Shown: in pieces, positions 1 through 10,006 of the stretch | Numbering within the stretch: position 1 is the first letter of the stretch | Layout: the number at the start of each line of letters is the position of its first letter | Source: a virus | Taxonomy: Duplodnaviria > Caudoviricetes | Virus record (IMG/VR): IMGVR_UViG_3300017991_000124 | Coordinates: 1 to 58,359 of that record | Length of the DNA: 58,359 nucleotides | Strand: one strand, 5' to 3' | Notes under the pieces: model-generated | The model's input: only the letters and a program-made list of their open reading frames with translations | Database searches by the model: none | Told to the model about the DNA's origin: nothing | Made by a program: the position numbers and the translations under genes

Positions 1-52
1 GAGGGTTGTGAACAAATTCATCATGCTCCGCAATCCGTGGTTCCTGGCCCAG

Positions 53-82
53 AGTATGCGCCAGGGCTGTAGCGAATGTCAA
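53..82 (-). promoter_or_regulatory. sigma70-like promoter TTGACA-N18-CATACT for a gene starting near position 24 and leaving the window
   Basis: Minus-strand hexamers at 82-77 and 58-53; ATGATG follows downstream. Confidence 0.5.
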
Positions 83-138
83 GCCGAGCGCACAACTTTT
101 TTGGGAATTGTCTGATTAGCGCGGGATTATCTAGGGGG

Positions 139-1359
139 TTAGAACTCGCGACCGCCCTGCTGATTTCCGTTCAGGGGCAGGGCACCCTGGGGCTCGGGGG
201 CGGGCTTCCGGTGCGGGTGCACGAACCGATCCTCGGGCCCGCCGCCGGGACAGCCGTTGTTCTGGCTGTGCTCGCTCCAGGGCTGGCCACACGCCGCGCA
301 GGCGGGATCCTCGGTGCTCGGGCCCGGGTCGGGCTGCTGCGCCTCCTGGGGCGCCCTGGGGGCGTCCTGCGGCGGTTCCTGCTCGGTTGCCGGCGGTTGG
401 GGGTCCGGCGCCTGTGCGGCCTCCTGCGGCCGGCTGACGGTCGTCTGGGCAGCCCCCCCGCGCTTGGCCGCCTGTGCCGCCATCGTCTCCTCGGTCGCGG
501 CGTCGATCGGGGGCAGCACCTCGGCCTCGCGCACCAGGGCGTAGTCCTTCCACTTGGCCTCGCCGCCCTTGATCGCCTCGTAGATGGCCCGCAGCTCCTG
601 GAAGTCGGTGTCCTCGTGGTCCACGGGGTGCGCCAGGTACGCCTCGAGCTGGGTGCGCGACACGCCGATCGCGGCGAACGCCCGGGTCACCCGCTGCGCC
701 GATCCGGCCCGGTCCTGCCGGTCGCGGTTGTGCAGCGTCTCCTGCGCGGTTTCGATCGCCTCGTCCACGACGTCCACCGGGATCAGGCGCAGCCCCTCGT
801 TGCGCAAAACCTTGGAGATCACCGCCGCCTCCTTGGTCGCCATCTCCTCCTCGGTCGCCAACACCACGTACACCTGCTCGTTGTAGCTGTTGGTGCGGAC
901 CGACACGACATCCCGCCCCTTGCGGCTCTTGCGCTCCACGGTCTTGTGGATCGTCGACTGCTTGCCGAACGCCACGTTGGTTTCCAGGTCGGTACAGGTC
1001 ACCTGGATGCGGCGCATGGTGTCGTCCTCGTAGATGGTGGTGACGTCGGTGCGCACGTTGCACCACTCGCGCAGGGCGAGCTCGGCGAACCGGATGGACG
1101 GTCCGCGCACGCTCCCCCCGCCGATCGGCTTGGAGTACTCCACGCGCTCGGCGAACGCCGGCCGGGTGCAGGCCTCCAGGATCCGCGCCCGGGATCGCTT
1201 GTAGTCCCGCGGGTTGCGCTGGGCCATCCCGTAGGCCGCCACCACCATCGCCCGGGCCGTCTCGGCGGCTGCGATGGCCCCCGGGCTGATCTCCGCGCCG
1301 CTCACCGCGAGATTGGTCCCCTAGCGCTCGGGCACGATCGCCTTGCTTTCTCCCTCCAT
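139..1359 (-). CDS. Putative ssDNA-annealing/recombination partner of YqaJ; in-frame TAG at codon 13 (open ORF from GTG 1305)
   Basis: AGGAGG SD then ATG at 1359, in frame with ORF 139..1305; YSKPIGGGSVRGPSIRFAE motif; directly downstream of YqaJ; P/Q/A-rich tail. Confidence 0.55.
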
Positions 1360-1379
1360 GGTCGTTTCCTCCTGTTGGG

Positions 1380-2330
1380 CTAGACCCCCTTCGGGGGGTA
1401 GTGTCTGAACATGGCGAACGGGTCGCCCCGCTCCTCGTACCTGCCGAGGTCGAGGTCCGGGTGCTCCGCTGCCAGCAGTTTCTTGTTGAACCGTGTGCGG
1501 CCGTCCTGCCAGGCGTGGATCACCTTGTGCCCGGCGCAGGCGATTTTTTCCAGCGACGCCCCGGCCATCATCGCCTTGAGGTTGGCCCGTGCCTCCTCGT
1601 GGTCGGCCTTCGCCGCGTCCAGCGCCTGCTTGGTGGTCAGCAGCGCGCCCACCGCCTCCTCCCACTCGGGCCCTTCCACGGTCACGTACTCGCTGGGCAC
1701 CTTGAGCCGGCGCGTCTCGGACCCCGCCGCCGCGGTCGGCGGCAGGCGCCCCTCCACAACCCGCTTCCACCAGTCCTCGACGTTGGCCGTCAGCGTGGCG
1801 ATCCGGGCGTCGTCCCGCTCCACCTCGAGGATGTGGTCCCGCACGCTCACGATGTCGTAGAGCACGAACCGGCACCCGGGGGCGTCCGGGCAGCACGCGA
1901 GCTGCGCCTGGATCTGCCAGTCGTAGATGTCGGGGATCCCCTTGTCGAGGTACTCGGCCAGCTTGTGTGGGCGCGGCGCCTTGGCCTCGGCCAGCCACCC
2001 GTCGTGGCACATGCCGTCCAGGGTCGCCCGCAGGTGCGGGGCGTCCGGTGCGGTGAAGCAGAACCGCCCGATGTCGTCGGCGGTGGCCGCCCGGTCGATG
2101 GCGATCCCGGTGGCCTCGGCGGCGAGCGCCAGGGCGAGAGCCTCGTATGCGTGGCCCCGGCGGAAGTCCGCCACGTCGTCGTCGGTCGGCTCCGACTTCC
2201 CGATCTTGTCCAGGTACAGCGTCAGCTCGTTCCTGCCGAACGCCTGCGCCCCCATGATGATCCCGGCCTCGCTGGCCCCCACGCCGCCCCGGCGCTCGGC
2301 CAGCCACTTCTGGTGTTGTAGGTCGTCCAT
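1380..2330 (-). CDS. YqaJ-like viral recombinase / lambda-type exonuclease
   Basis: WLAERRGGVGASE, GHAYE, LRATLDG, EAK and WQIQAQL motifs; AGGAGG SD. Confidence 0.9.
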   Translation of the reverse strand: MDDLQHQKWLAERRGGVGASEAGIIMGAQAFGRNELTLYLDKIGKSEPTDDDVADFRRGHAYEALALALAAEATGIAIDRAATADDIGRFCFTAPDAPHLRATLDGMCHDGWLAEAKAPRPHKLAEYLDKGIPDIYDWQIQAQLACCPDAPGCRFVLYDIVSVRDHILEVERDDARIATLTANVEDWWKRVVEGRLPPTAAAGSETRRLKVPSEYVTVEGPEWEEAVGALLTTKQALDAAKADHEEARANLKAMMAGASLEKIACAGHKVIHAWQDGRTRFNKKLLAAEHPDLDLGRYEERGDPFAMFRHYPPKGV

Positions 2331-2347
2331 GCTACCTCCTTCGGCGG

Positions 2348-2383
2348 TACTCTACCCCCGGCGCGCGAGGGTGGCAAGGTTGT
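2348..2383 (-). promoter_or_regulatory. Promoter TTGCCA-N17-TAGAGT preceded by GACAACC
   Basis: Intergenic, 17-nt spacing, upstream of yqaJ; shares CAACCTTG with other promoters. Confidence 0.5.
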
Positions 2384-2392
2384 CAGGCCAGA

Positions 2393-3094
2393 TTACCAGT
2401 CGCGTGTGACAGGATCGGTCGCAGGGGGGGGATCGGGAGCGGGGGCGCGTTCGGCGGGGGGCGGATCGATCACCGCTGGCGCGGGATCGGGGACCGGGGG
2501 ATCGGCGCGCGTCACCGGGCGCACCTCGATCGCGTCACCATCGGCCGGGGGCAGTGTCCGCCCCTCCTCCCGCTGGATCTGCGCCTCTACCATCTCCCGC
2601 AACTTGGCGGGGTCGTTCTCCACCAGGTGCCCCCATATCCGAAGCACCGTGTCGCTGACCCCGTGCTCGATGTGGATATGCTGCTCCTTGGGCGCCTCGG
2701 TGCCCTGGATGCGCGCCAGCACCTGCTCGAGGTTGGGCACCGCCGACCACTTGCCCGCCTTGCGCGCGTCGTGGATCTCGCCCCTGATGCGCGTCTCGGC
2801 CTCGATGGTGGCGTAGGGGCGTCGCTTGGCGTGCTCCTCGGCCAGTCGCGCGTAGGCCGCCTGGATGGCCACGTGGACGGCATTGCGGGTCATGCCGAAC
2901 TTGTCGGCCATCACCGCGTAGATCTCCTCGTGGGTCGGGGCGGTCACCAGCAGCCGCTCGAGCGCCAGACGGCGTGCGGTGCGCTCGGCGGGGGGCACGT
3001 ACCGCCGCGGCGGATCCGGGCGCTGCTGCTCGGCGGGCAGGTTGGGGCCGGCGTCGGCGTGTAGCAGTTCCTCGCGTTCGGCGTCGTCAATCAT
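2393..3094 (-). CDS. HTH protein, possibly terminase small subunit-like
   Basis: HTH-like segment (EIYAVMADKFGMTRNAVHVAI), helical region and EAPKEQHIHIEH tail reminiscent of TerS. Confidence 0.4.
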   Translation of the reverse strand: MIDDAEREELLHADAGPNLPAEQQRPDPPRRYVPPAERTARRLALERLLVTAPTHEEIYAVMADKFGMTRNAVHVAIQAAYARLAEEHAKRRPYATIEAETRIRGEIHDARKAGKWSAVPNLEQVLARIQGTEAPKEQHIHIEHGVSDTVLRIWGHLVENDPAKLREMVEAQIQREEGRTLPPADGDAIEVRPVTRADPPVPDPAPAVIDPPPAERAPAPDPPPATDPVTRDW

Positions 3095-4160
3095 GTTTCG
3101 ATCCTACCACGGGCACGCGCCGCAGTTCCACCCGCGCCTCCAACTGGCCGGCGTCGTTCTGCCTGGTGTTGATCCGCAGGTGCAGGTCGGGGCGCAGTTG
3201 GATCCGAGTCCACGGATCCTCCTCGGTGCTCATCGCCGGCACCGTGGGCTCGTCGACACGCCGGTCCGTGATCGTCGGTCGCGCCCACAGGGGCACCACC
3301 GTCCACCCCAGGGGGAGCGTGTCGAAGTACTCCTCCGGGCCGTCCTGGGGGAACATCGGCCAGGGGCATGGCGTCGGATCGCTCTCAGCGGCCCCCTGCG
3401 CCACGTCAGGCGGCGCCGAGGGCTCCGTGCCCTCGGATGCCTGTTTCCGTGCTTCGACCTCTTTCTGGTGCCTCTGGCGCACCCGGCGGCGCATCTTGGT
3501 CCGTGCGACCTTCGCAGCCTCACCTGATGGCTTGCCGACAACCTCAGCCAGGAACGCCGGCTGCTCCTCCACGGGAAACCGCAGGGCCTGGGCCAGCCGC
3601 GTCACACCCATCTCCTCCACCTGCTCCCGGGTGAACTGCTCGGTGACGCGGATCCAGCGCCGGGCCGCCGCGCGCCGCAATCCGATCTCCTCCTCCACGA
3701 AGTCGTAGAAGGATCGGAACCGGTGCAACCCGTACTGATCCAGGCGCAGACGCCACAGCCCGCGCTCCTGGATGTCCCGCAGCGCGAGCCCCATGTCGTA
3801 GGTCGAGACGCCCACCTGGGCGTCCATGCGCGCCACCCGTGCCACCGCCTCGTCCAGGTCGGCAACCGTGGCCCCCGGCTGCGGGAGCGGTTGCCCGTCG
3901 GCCGCCGTCAGGGCTTCATCCTTGGGCGGCGCCACCGCCTGGCCCGGCTCGCCGCAGTACGGACACTCGGGCAGGCGCGCGTCCGAGTCGCCCCCGCACT
4001 CGGAGCAGTTGGCCAAAACGATCGGCGGGTCGGTCTGCCGCCACAGGGACTGCAGCCGCGCCACGAGGGCCTCCGGGGATCCATTGGTGGGCAGTCGGTA
4101 GTAGACCAGGTAGGTCGCTACCAGATCGCGCTGGACCATCCCCATGTCGGGGCGCTTCAT
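3087..4160 (-). CDS. Hypothetical Zn-ribbon/helical DNA-binding protein
   Basis: CSEC...CPYC; helical segment FYDFVEEEIGLRRAAARRWI; ATGA-type overlaps with neighbours. Confidence 0.55.
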   Translation of the reverse strand: MKRPDMGMVQRDLVATYLVYYRLPTNGSPEALVARLQSLWRQTDPPIVLANCSECGGDSDARLPECPYCGEPGQAVAPPKDEALTAADGQPLPQPGATVADLDEAVARVARMDAQVGVSTYDMGLALRDIQERGLWRLRLDQYGLHRFRSFYDFVEEEIGLRRAAARRWIRVTEQFTREQVEEMGVTRLAQALRFPVEEQPAFLAEVVGKPSGEAAKVARTKMRRRVRQRHQKEVEARKQASEGTEPSAPPDVAQGAAESDPTPCPWPMFPQDGPEEYFDTLPLGWTVVPLWARPTITDRRVDEPTVPAMSTEEDPWTRIQLRPDLHLRINTRQNDAGQLEARVELRRVPVVGSKHD

Positions 4161-4375
4161 CCCCGGATCATCCCGTCGATCGCCGGCTGCAGGACGTGCC
4201 CGCGCGCGGCCAGCCGCTTGACCCACCGCCGCACGGTGTTGGGATCCACGTCGTACGCCGCCGCCACCGCAGCGCGATCGCCCCGGTGCTTGCGGAACGT
4301 TTTCAGCAGCTCGGCGAAGGCCCCGGCTGGGTCCGCCTGGATGGTGGTGCTCATGACGATCGGTCGGTAGCTCAT
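4157..4375 (-). CDS. Small Fis-like HTH protein
   Basis: HRGDRAAVAAAYDVDPNTVRRWVKRL; GGAGG SD before ATG 4375. Confidence 0.65.
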   Translation of the reverse strand: MSYRPIVMSTTIQADPAGAFAELLKTFRKHRGDRAAVAAAYDVDPNTVRRWVKRLAARGHVLQPAIDGMIRG

Positions 4376-4379
4376 TCGA

Positions 4380-4580
4380 TTACCTCCTGCGGTGTCGGTG
4401 TCGTTCTTGCCGCACCCGGTTGACCAGCGGCCAGAGGTGCCAGGCGCGGATCCAGTCGAACACGGTATCTCGACGCACGCCAAGTTCGTGCGCCACGCGC
4501 ACGATGACCCCGTGGTTTGCGATCAGCACGTCGGCCAGCACGTCCCGTGTCACCCCCCAGCGTTCTCCCATCTTGTACAC
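4380..4580 (-). CDS. Small Fis-like HTH protein
   Basis: NHGVIVRVAHELGVRRDTVFDWI. Confidence 0.65.
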   Translation of the reverse strand: MYKMGERWGVTRDVLADVLIANHGVIVRVAHELGVRRDTVFDWIRAWHLWPLVNRVRQERHRHRRR

Positions 4581-4586
4581 GGGTCG

Positions 4587-4621
4587 ATTATCGCCCGGGG
4601 AGTCGCGGTGTCAAGGTTGTC
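4587..4621 (-). promoter_or_regulatory. Promoter TTGACA-N16-GATAAT preceded by GACAACC
   Basis: Hexamers at 4614-4609 and 4592-4587; GTG start 6 nt after the -10. Confidence 0.6.
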
Positions 4622-4644
4622 GGTGTGGAAGGGGGGAGGATCGA

Positions 4645-5142
4645 TCAGTTGGAGCAGTCGACGTTGGCGCAGGGTTCCACCCCGCGTTTCAGGCGCTCCC
4701 GGTTGCGGCGCAGCAGGCGTTCGTACTCGCGCTCCCGGCGCTGCCGGTTGGGGATCGATTCGGTCACCCGGCGCGCCTCCTGGCTGGCGAACTGGTCGTG
4801 CTGCACGGACTGAATCTCGCCCACCGTCTTGGCCAACTTGAGGCCCTGCACCTCCACCGCCTTGATCGTCTCGGCCTGCTTGTCGACCTTCTGCTCGATC
4901 TTGGCATCGCGGTCGATGCTGGCCTGGGTGGCGGCCTTCTCGCAGCCGTCCACGTAGCCCTTGGTCGCCAGTTGGAATCCCCCGGCGGTCCCGCCTCCGA
5001 TGACGAGCGCCCCAAGCAGAGGAAGCACGAGTTTCCAGGGGACCGTCACGCCGCCCCCGGTGATGGTGGCGGCTGCGGCGTCGGTGTCCGTTGCGTGCGT
5101 TCCAGTCGGTTCGGCTGCGGGCGAAGCGGTAGGGTCCGGCAT
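4645..5142 (-). CDS. Single-TM coiled-coil membrane protein (possible lysis accessory)
   Basis: Hydrophobic LVLPLLGALVIGGG followed by coiled coil; AAGGAGG SD; after fibre genes. Confidence 0.55.
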   Translation of the reverse strand: MPDPTASPAAEPTGTHATDTDAAAATITGGGVTVPWKLVLPLLGALVIGGGTAGGFQLATKGYVDGCEKAATQASIDRDAKIEQKVDKQAETIKAVEVQGLKLAKTVGEIQSVQHDQFASQEARRVTESIPNRQRREREYERLLRRNRERLKRGVEPCANVDCSN

Positions 5143-5161
5143 GGGGGCACCTCCTTAGAGG

Positions 5162-5647
5162 CTAGTTTACCGCTTTCGGCCCCTCGGCGCTATCCCCGGG
5201 ATCCAGGAGCTCGAACGCCTGGCCCACCACCAGCGGCGAGGGGAAGGTCTTGGCGATCATGGTCTTGATCAGATCCACGTCCTTGGCCTCGATGGCGACG
5301 GTGCCTTCCGCCTGGTAGACCTGCTGCATCAGCATGTAGCGGCGCACCTTCTCCTTGCCGTTGGGGTCAGGCGCGCGGTTCTGGTTGGGCTGGTCCATGT
5401 ACCCCAGCCCGGTCAGGATCACGTCCCGCAGCGTCAGCGCCGCCGGCTCCATCTCCCAGATCGGATCTCCGGCGTCGTCCATCAACTGCGCTCCGTCAGC
5501 GCAGCAGCGCGGGATCTTCTCCCCGTCGGCGTCCCGCTTGGGCTCCATCTCGTTTGAGCGGAGCGGGTTGCCTTTCAAGTCCTTCAACACGGCGGTCACG
5601 TCGATCAGCATCTTGGGCCTCCTTCGCTTGATTTTGCGTCGACTCAT
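5162..5647 (-). CDS. Hypothetical protein (post-fibre, possible fibre chaperone)
   Basis: C-terminal 161 aa of ORF 5162..6058; promoter directly upstream. Confidence 0.6.
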   Translation of the reverse strand: MSRRKIKRRRPKMLIDVTAVLKDLKGNPLRSNEMEPKRDADGEKIPRCCADGAQLMDDAGDPIWEMEPAALTLRDVILTGLGYMDQPNQNRAPDPNGKEKVRRYMLMQQVYQAEGTVAIEAKDVDLIKTMIAKTFPSPLVVGQAFELLDPGDSAEGPKAVN

Positions 5648-5654
5648 GCTCCGG

Positions 5655-5690
5655 ACTATGGCCCCGGGAACGGCGGGTGTCAAGGTTGGC
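5655..5690 (-). promoter_or_regulatory. Promoter TTGACA-N17-CATAGT preceded by CCAACC
   Basis: Hexamers at 5683-5678 and 5660-5655; ATG 7 nt after the -10. Confidence 0.55.
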
Positions 5691-5697
5691 GCGTGGG

Positions 5698-8600
5698 CTA
5701 GGCGTAGGTGGCGGTCGAGTAGTGGTAATCGAACATCACGTAGCGGCTGGCCCCAATCCGGTTCTTGACCGCCACCGTGTTGCTGCCCGCGTCGTAGATG
5801 CAGTAGTAGGTGTCCGTGTCGGCATCGTCCACGTTGGCCGAATTGGCGATCAGGGTCACCGTCCCATCGGCCGCCCACGCCACCTGGGCGTAGCTGCCGT
5901 CGTTGTGGAAGTAGAACGTGCCCCAGCCGTACGAGTCCGCCGGCAGGGTAAAACTCGCGTCGTCGGCGAGCAGCACCGGGGCCTCGTGGTTGGTGACGTG
6001 GCTGCCGCTGCCGATCCCGCTGTAGGCGTCGGTCTGGTTGTGGGTGAACGAGCGCCACTCGGTTGCACTCTGGTTTGCGCTCTGGATGAACACGGTCGGG
6101 TCGGTTTCCAGGGCGTGCGCGAAGTCGTATCCCATGTCCGCCTTCTGGCAGACGATGAGCGCATTGGAATCCGTGCTGACGCCGAACAGCCAGGAGTCGG
6201 GTGTCTGCGTCGTGTCGTACTGGATCGCCGCGTTCGAGTCATCGCCGAACGCCCAGTTCATGTCGTCCTTGACCACCCCGCCGTAGTACGACGTGACCAC
6301 CCCTGCGGAACTGATCGCCAGTACACTCTTGTTCCGCATGCCGCGCGCGTCGGTTCCATATTGGACATGGAGCGAACCGTCTCCGCTGCCGTCCCCGTTG
6401 GTCTGCCGTCCGATGGCCCACTTGTTCTCGAACACCGTGCCGTCGACTTGCGCGAAACTGATCGCGCTGCCCCACGTCCCGGCGTCGGTGGACACGATCG
6501 TCACGCCGGCGTCGTCGCCGACCGCGGCGATCTGCGCGCTCGCGTCCGTGTCGTCCCAGCCGGTGCCGAGGTCCGCGGTTTGAACGTGTAGTTCGGTGAG
6601 CGGCGACGTGATGCCGAGCCCGGCCTTGCCTGCTTCATCGAGCGTGAAAACGATCGGGATGTCGTCATCGGCGATCGCCGTGTCCTTGGTGGCGAAGTGC
6701 AGCTTGCCTTGCGACTCGCCGCCAACTCGTTCGTGAATGATCGCCGCGCCGACGTTGCTCGTGTCGGTGCTGTTCCCGAACCCGATGCCGACGGCGTGAT
6801 TGTTGTCGTTCGCGTATCGGGTGACCACGAAACCCAGCTCGGAGACGTCGACGTCGGTTCCGCTCAACGCGTTCTCGTCCTGCATCGTATGGAAGTCGAA
6901 CTCAGGTGCCGTCATCCGCCCGCCGATGCGTGTGACCGTCCCGCCTGTTTCCTGTATCAGCGTCAGCGTATGACGTGCTGCCCCGTCTGCGGTGACTACA
7001 CCAAAATCGACGTGCGCCTGATCGCTTATCCGCCTGCCTGCCTTAATCTCGAGCCCTCGGTCGTTAGCGGTTCCGAATCGTGCCATCACGCCAGAGTCGT
7101 CGGCGTCGCCAGCTCCAACGACGTACAGCGCCGGCAGGTAGCTGCCGGTCGTCGATGTATCAGTCTGAACGTGGAGCATCGACGCTGTCGGAACCGGTGC
7201 GTTAGCCCAAGTCCCTGGCGTCATGGTGTTCACGCCGACGCTGCCGATCTTGTCGATCCTCACGCTCTCGGCGTAGGTGTCGCTGTCGGTGCGCCGCTGG
7301 ATCGCCAACTCTGAACCGGACAGCGTGTCGTCCGGCTGGATCGCGTTAAACGCAATCACCGAATTCTTGGCGTCGGCCCTTGCGTTGAGCACCAACGAGG
7401 AGAAGGTGTCATGCACCGCCCCGTCGGCGGCGTTGTAGATCATCGCCCCCTGCGTCGAGGGTACCGCCGTCGCACTGTACGCCGTGTCGCTGTCGACTTG
7501 GACTTCCAGCCGATACCCGCTATCAGCAGCGGTTCCAATCCCCAGGTTACCGCCGCTGTCGATGTACGAATATGTGCCCGCACAAAGTCGAACACCGACG
7601 TTCGCGCTCGCGTCGTATAGGTACAGCCGGGCGTGGTCGGAACTGTCTTGCGTGACCAACAACAGCGCGTCGGTGTCCTCGCTGTTCTCAATGCGCAGCG
7701 CGTTCGAACTGACGCCGCTGGACTTCACCTCCAGCATCGCCGTCGACGGCAGCATGCCAGCGCCGATCGCTCCGGTACGTGTGATCCCTGCAACGTCGCT
7801 CGCGCCGTTGTTCACCACGAACGGCACGGCGTCGTTGTCGTCACTGACGATCTGCAACACCCGGCTGCCGCTGCTCCAGTTCGTCCCCTGCGACTCCAGG
7901 CTGACGACGGTTTCCACGATGCCACCCGTCGGCGTCTGCACAACGGTCAGCAACCCGGCGGTGGTGTCGTCGTCCACGATGTTCACGGCCCCGGTGTCGG
8001 CCGTGATGGTGCGCCCCGCTCCCGCGCCCCCTGAATCGTAGGCGTCGTCAAGCGACACCCCCGCCGCCGCCGCCGCCGCCGTCGTGTCCACGTAGGTCTT
8101 GACCGCCCGCTCCGTCGGCAGCGCCGTGTCCGACGCCCCGCCCAGCGTCCCGTCGGTCGAGAACTCGTTGATCGTGGCGCCTGCCGCCATCGTGGCGCCC
8201 GTCGCCGAGATCGTCATCACCGTGCTGGTCGCCACGTTCAACAGCACGTTCGCAGCCCCATCCGCGATCACGTCCCCGCTGCCCGTGGTCTGCAACGTCA
8301 GGTCCGCCCCCGCCACGACGAAGTGCGACGCCTTGGCCGCGTCGATCTCCACCCCGCCGGCCGTCGCGTTGATGTCGACGGCGTTGGTCGGAGCGCCGTT
8401 GGTATTGATGATCACCGATGCGTTGGTCCCACCCGTCGCCGACAGGGTGAGCGCCTGACTCGCCCCCGACACGCTGAAGTTGGAGGACTGCGCGGCGTCG
8501 ATGCTCACCTGCCCGGCGGTAGCGTCGATGGTGACCGTGGTCGCCGCGTTGATGTCCACCACCGCCGCCGAGTCGATCACGATGTTGCCAGACGTTGTGG

Positions 8601-9603
8601 TCTGCACCGTGATGGTCCCGCTGTCGCGGGCGATCACCGCGCCCCGGCTCACCGTCAGCACGTCGGCTGCCCCGTCGTTGATCGCCAGCGGCACGGCGTC
8701 CGCGTCGTCGCTGATCAGTTGGAGCACCCGCGACCCCGCCGCCCAGTTGGTGCCCTGCGCCTCGATGCTGGTCACGATGTTGGTGGTCGGCGCCGGCGGC
8801 GTCTGCACCACCGACAGCAGTGTCACCACCGAATCCGTGCCCGGGATCGATACCGTGTCCCCGGTCATCAGCGGCGCCAGCACAGTGCCTGTCCGGTCCC
8901 ACCAGTAGATGTCCGAGTTGTCGACCTTCTGCCACACGGTGCCGTTGAAGATCGCCCAGTCGTTCTGCTCCCAGTCCGTGATGCCGTCCAGGTTCGTCGT
9001 CCCCGCCACGCTCACCACGTAGTAGTAGCCCTTGGTCCCGACCCCGCTGGCCAGGGCCGGGGTGTTGGTGTTGGCGTTCCACGTGCCCTGGTAGTTGACC
9101 GATCCCGCGATGAACGCCGCCGCCGACAGCGCATCCACGATCTCGTTCTGCGTCTCGCTCCACGTCTGCGCCGCGTACTGCGTGGATTCCGCCGGCACCA
9201 ACTTCCGCACGTTGGGCAGCAGCGTGGTGGTGCGAATCGACACCACGCGCTCGAACACGTGGTCGTCGCCGTCGAAGTGCGCCGTGCAGCGGAAGGTGTA
9301 GGAGTGCACCCCGGACCCCGGCAGGATGATGGTCGCGTTGCCGTTGGGGTTGGTCAGGTACTGCCGCGCCGTCCCGCTGTCCACGAACGTCAGCAGCGGG
9401 GCATCCTTTGACGCCAACGGGCTGTTCCCGTCGGTCGGGTCGTACACCTCGTACGTGACCGCCAGCGCGCCGCTGGGGCTGTTCTCCAGCGTCAACGTCA
9501 GCGTCTGGCTGTGCGTGCCGTCGAACCCCGGATCCCCGGTGACCGGATCCTCGGCCGGCGTTCCGTTGATCGTGAACTTCGCTTGCTCGGATAGGATCGT
9601 CAT
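5698..9603 (-). CDS. Large tail fibre / receptor-binding protein (about 1300 aa)
   Basis: T/A/G/D-rich beta-type composition, YQGTWNANTNTP module, GNLGIGT-type fibre repeats, position after baseplate genes. Confidence 0.8.
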   Translation of the reverse strand: MTILSEQAKFTINGTPAEDPVTGDPGFDGTHSQTLTLTLENSPSGALAVTYEVYDPTDGNSPLASKDAPLLTFVDSGTARQYLTNPNGNATIILPGSGVHSYTFRCTAHFDGDDHVFERVVSIRTTTLLPNVRKLVPAESTQYAAQTWSETQNEIVDALSAAAFIAGSVNYQGTWNANTNTPALASGVGTKGYYYVVSVAGTTNLDGITDWEQNDWAIFNGTVWQKVDNSDIYWWDRTGTVLAPLMTGDTVSIPGTDSVVTLLSVVQTPPAPTTNIVTSIEAQGTNWAAGSRVLQLISDDADAVPLAINDGAADVLTVSRGAVIARDSGTITVQTTTSGNIVIDSAAVVDINAATTVTIDATAGQVSIDAAQSSNFSVSGASQALTLSATGGTNASVIINTNGAPTNAVDINATAGGVEIDAAKASHFVVAGADLTLQTTGSGDVIADGAANVLLNVATSTVMTISATGATMAAGATINEFSTDGTLGGASDTALPTERAVKTYVDTTAAAAAAGVSLDDAYDSGGAGAGRTITADTGAVNIVDDDTTAGLLTVVQTPTGGIVETVVSLESQGTNWSSGSRVLQIVSDDNDAVPFVVNNGASDVAGITRTGAIGAGMLPSTAMLEVKSSGVSSNALRIENSEDTDALLLVTQDSSDHARLYLYDASANVGVRLCAGTYSYIDSGGNLGIGTAADSGYRLEVQVDSDTAYSATAVPSTQGAMIYNAADGAVHDTFSSLVLNARADAKNSVIAFNAIQPDDTLSGSELAIQRRTDSDTYAESVRIDKIGSVGVNTMTPGTWANAPVPTASMLHVQTDTSTTGSYLPALYVVGAGDADDSGVMARFGTANDRGLEIKAGRRISDQAHVDFGVVTADGAARHTLTLIQETGGTVTRIGGRMTAPEFDFHTMQDENALSGTDVDVSELGFVVTRYANDNNHAVGIGFGNSTDTSNVGAAIIHERVGGESQGKLHFATKDTAIADDDIPIVFTLDEAGKAGLGITSPLTELHVQTADLGTGWDDTDASAQIAAVGDDAGVTIVSTDAGTWGSAISFAQVDGTVFENKWAIGRQTNGDGSGDGSLHVQYGTDARGMRNKSVLAISSAGVVTSYYGGVVKDDMNWAFGDDSNAAIQYDTTQTPDSWLFGVSTDSNALIVCQKADMGYDFAHALETDPTVFIQSANQSATEWRSFTHNQTDAYSGIGSGSHVTNHEAPVLLADDASFTLPADSYGWGTFYFHNDGSYAQVAWAADGTVTLIANSANVDDADTDTYYCIYDAGSNTVAVKNRIGASRYVMFDYHYSTATYA

Positions 9604-9604
9604 C

Positions 9605-9988
9605 TCAGTTTCGCTCCCGCACGATGTCGTCGCCAAACGCATCGCCCTCGACCGTGATCACCAGGCGCCCCTGCCAGCGGTTGTGGTGGATCTCCCGCAC
9701 CAGCACCAGGTAGGTCCCGGCGCTGGGCACGGTGAACGTCCACGAGTCCGGCGGCGTCCGCCGGTGCACCTTGTACCGGTACCCATACGCCGCGCCCCCC
9801 TTCGAACCACCCGGTTGTAGGATGGTCTCGATCGGGCAGGCGATCCCCGACGGATCCGCGTCGCCGTAATCGATGTTGATGGTGATCGGCTTGAACGGCT
9901 GCAGCGGCTCGCTGCCCTCGTCCACGGTCAGCGTGATGCGATCCGCCTTGACGTAGGTTGGCGATAGGATGTCCAGCGTTGCCGGCAT
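9605..9988 (-). CDS. Small beta-rich structural/hypothetical protein
   Basis: GGAGG SD; tight packing between fibre genes. Confidence 0.65.
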   Translation of the reverse strand: MPATLDILSPTYVKADRITLTVDEGSEPLQPFKPITINIDYGDADPSGIACPIETILQPGGSKGGAAYGYRYKVHRRTPPDSWTFTVPSAGTYLVLVREIHHNRWQGRLVITVEGDAFGDDIVRERN

Positions 9989-10006
9989 GCGCGTACCTCC
10001 AGCACG

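Noticed and set aside
4645-5647. Holin/endolysin cassette
   Set aside because: No peptidoglycan hydrolase motif recognised; only a single-TM protein
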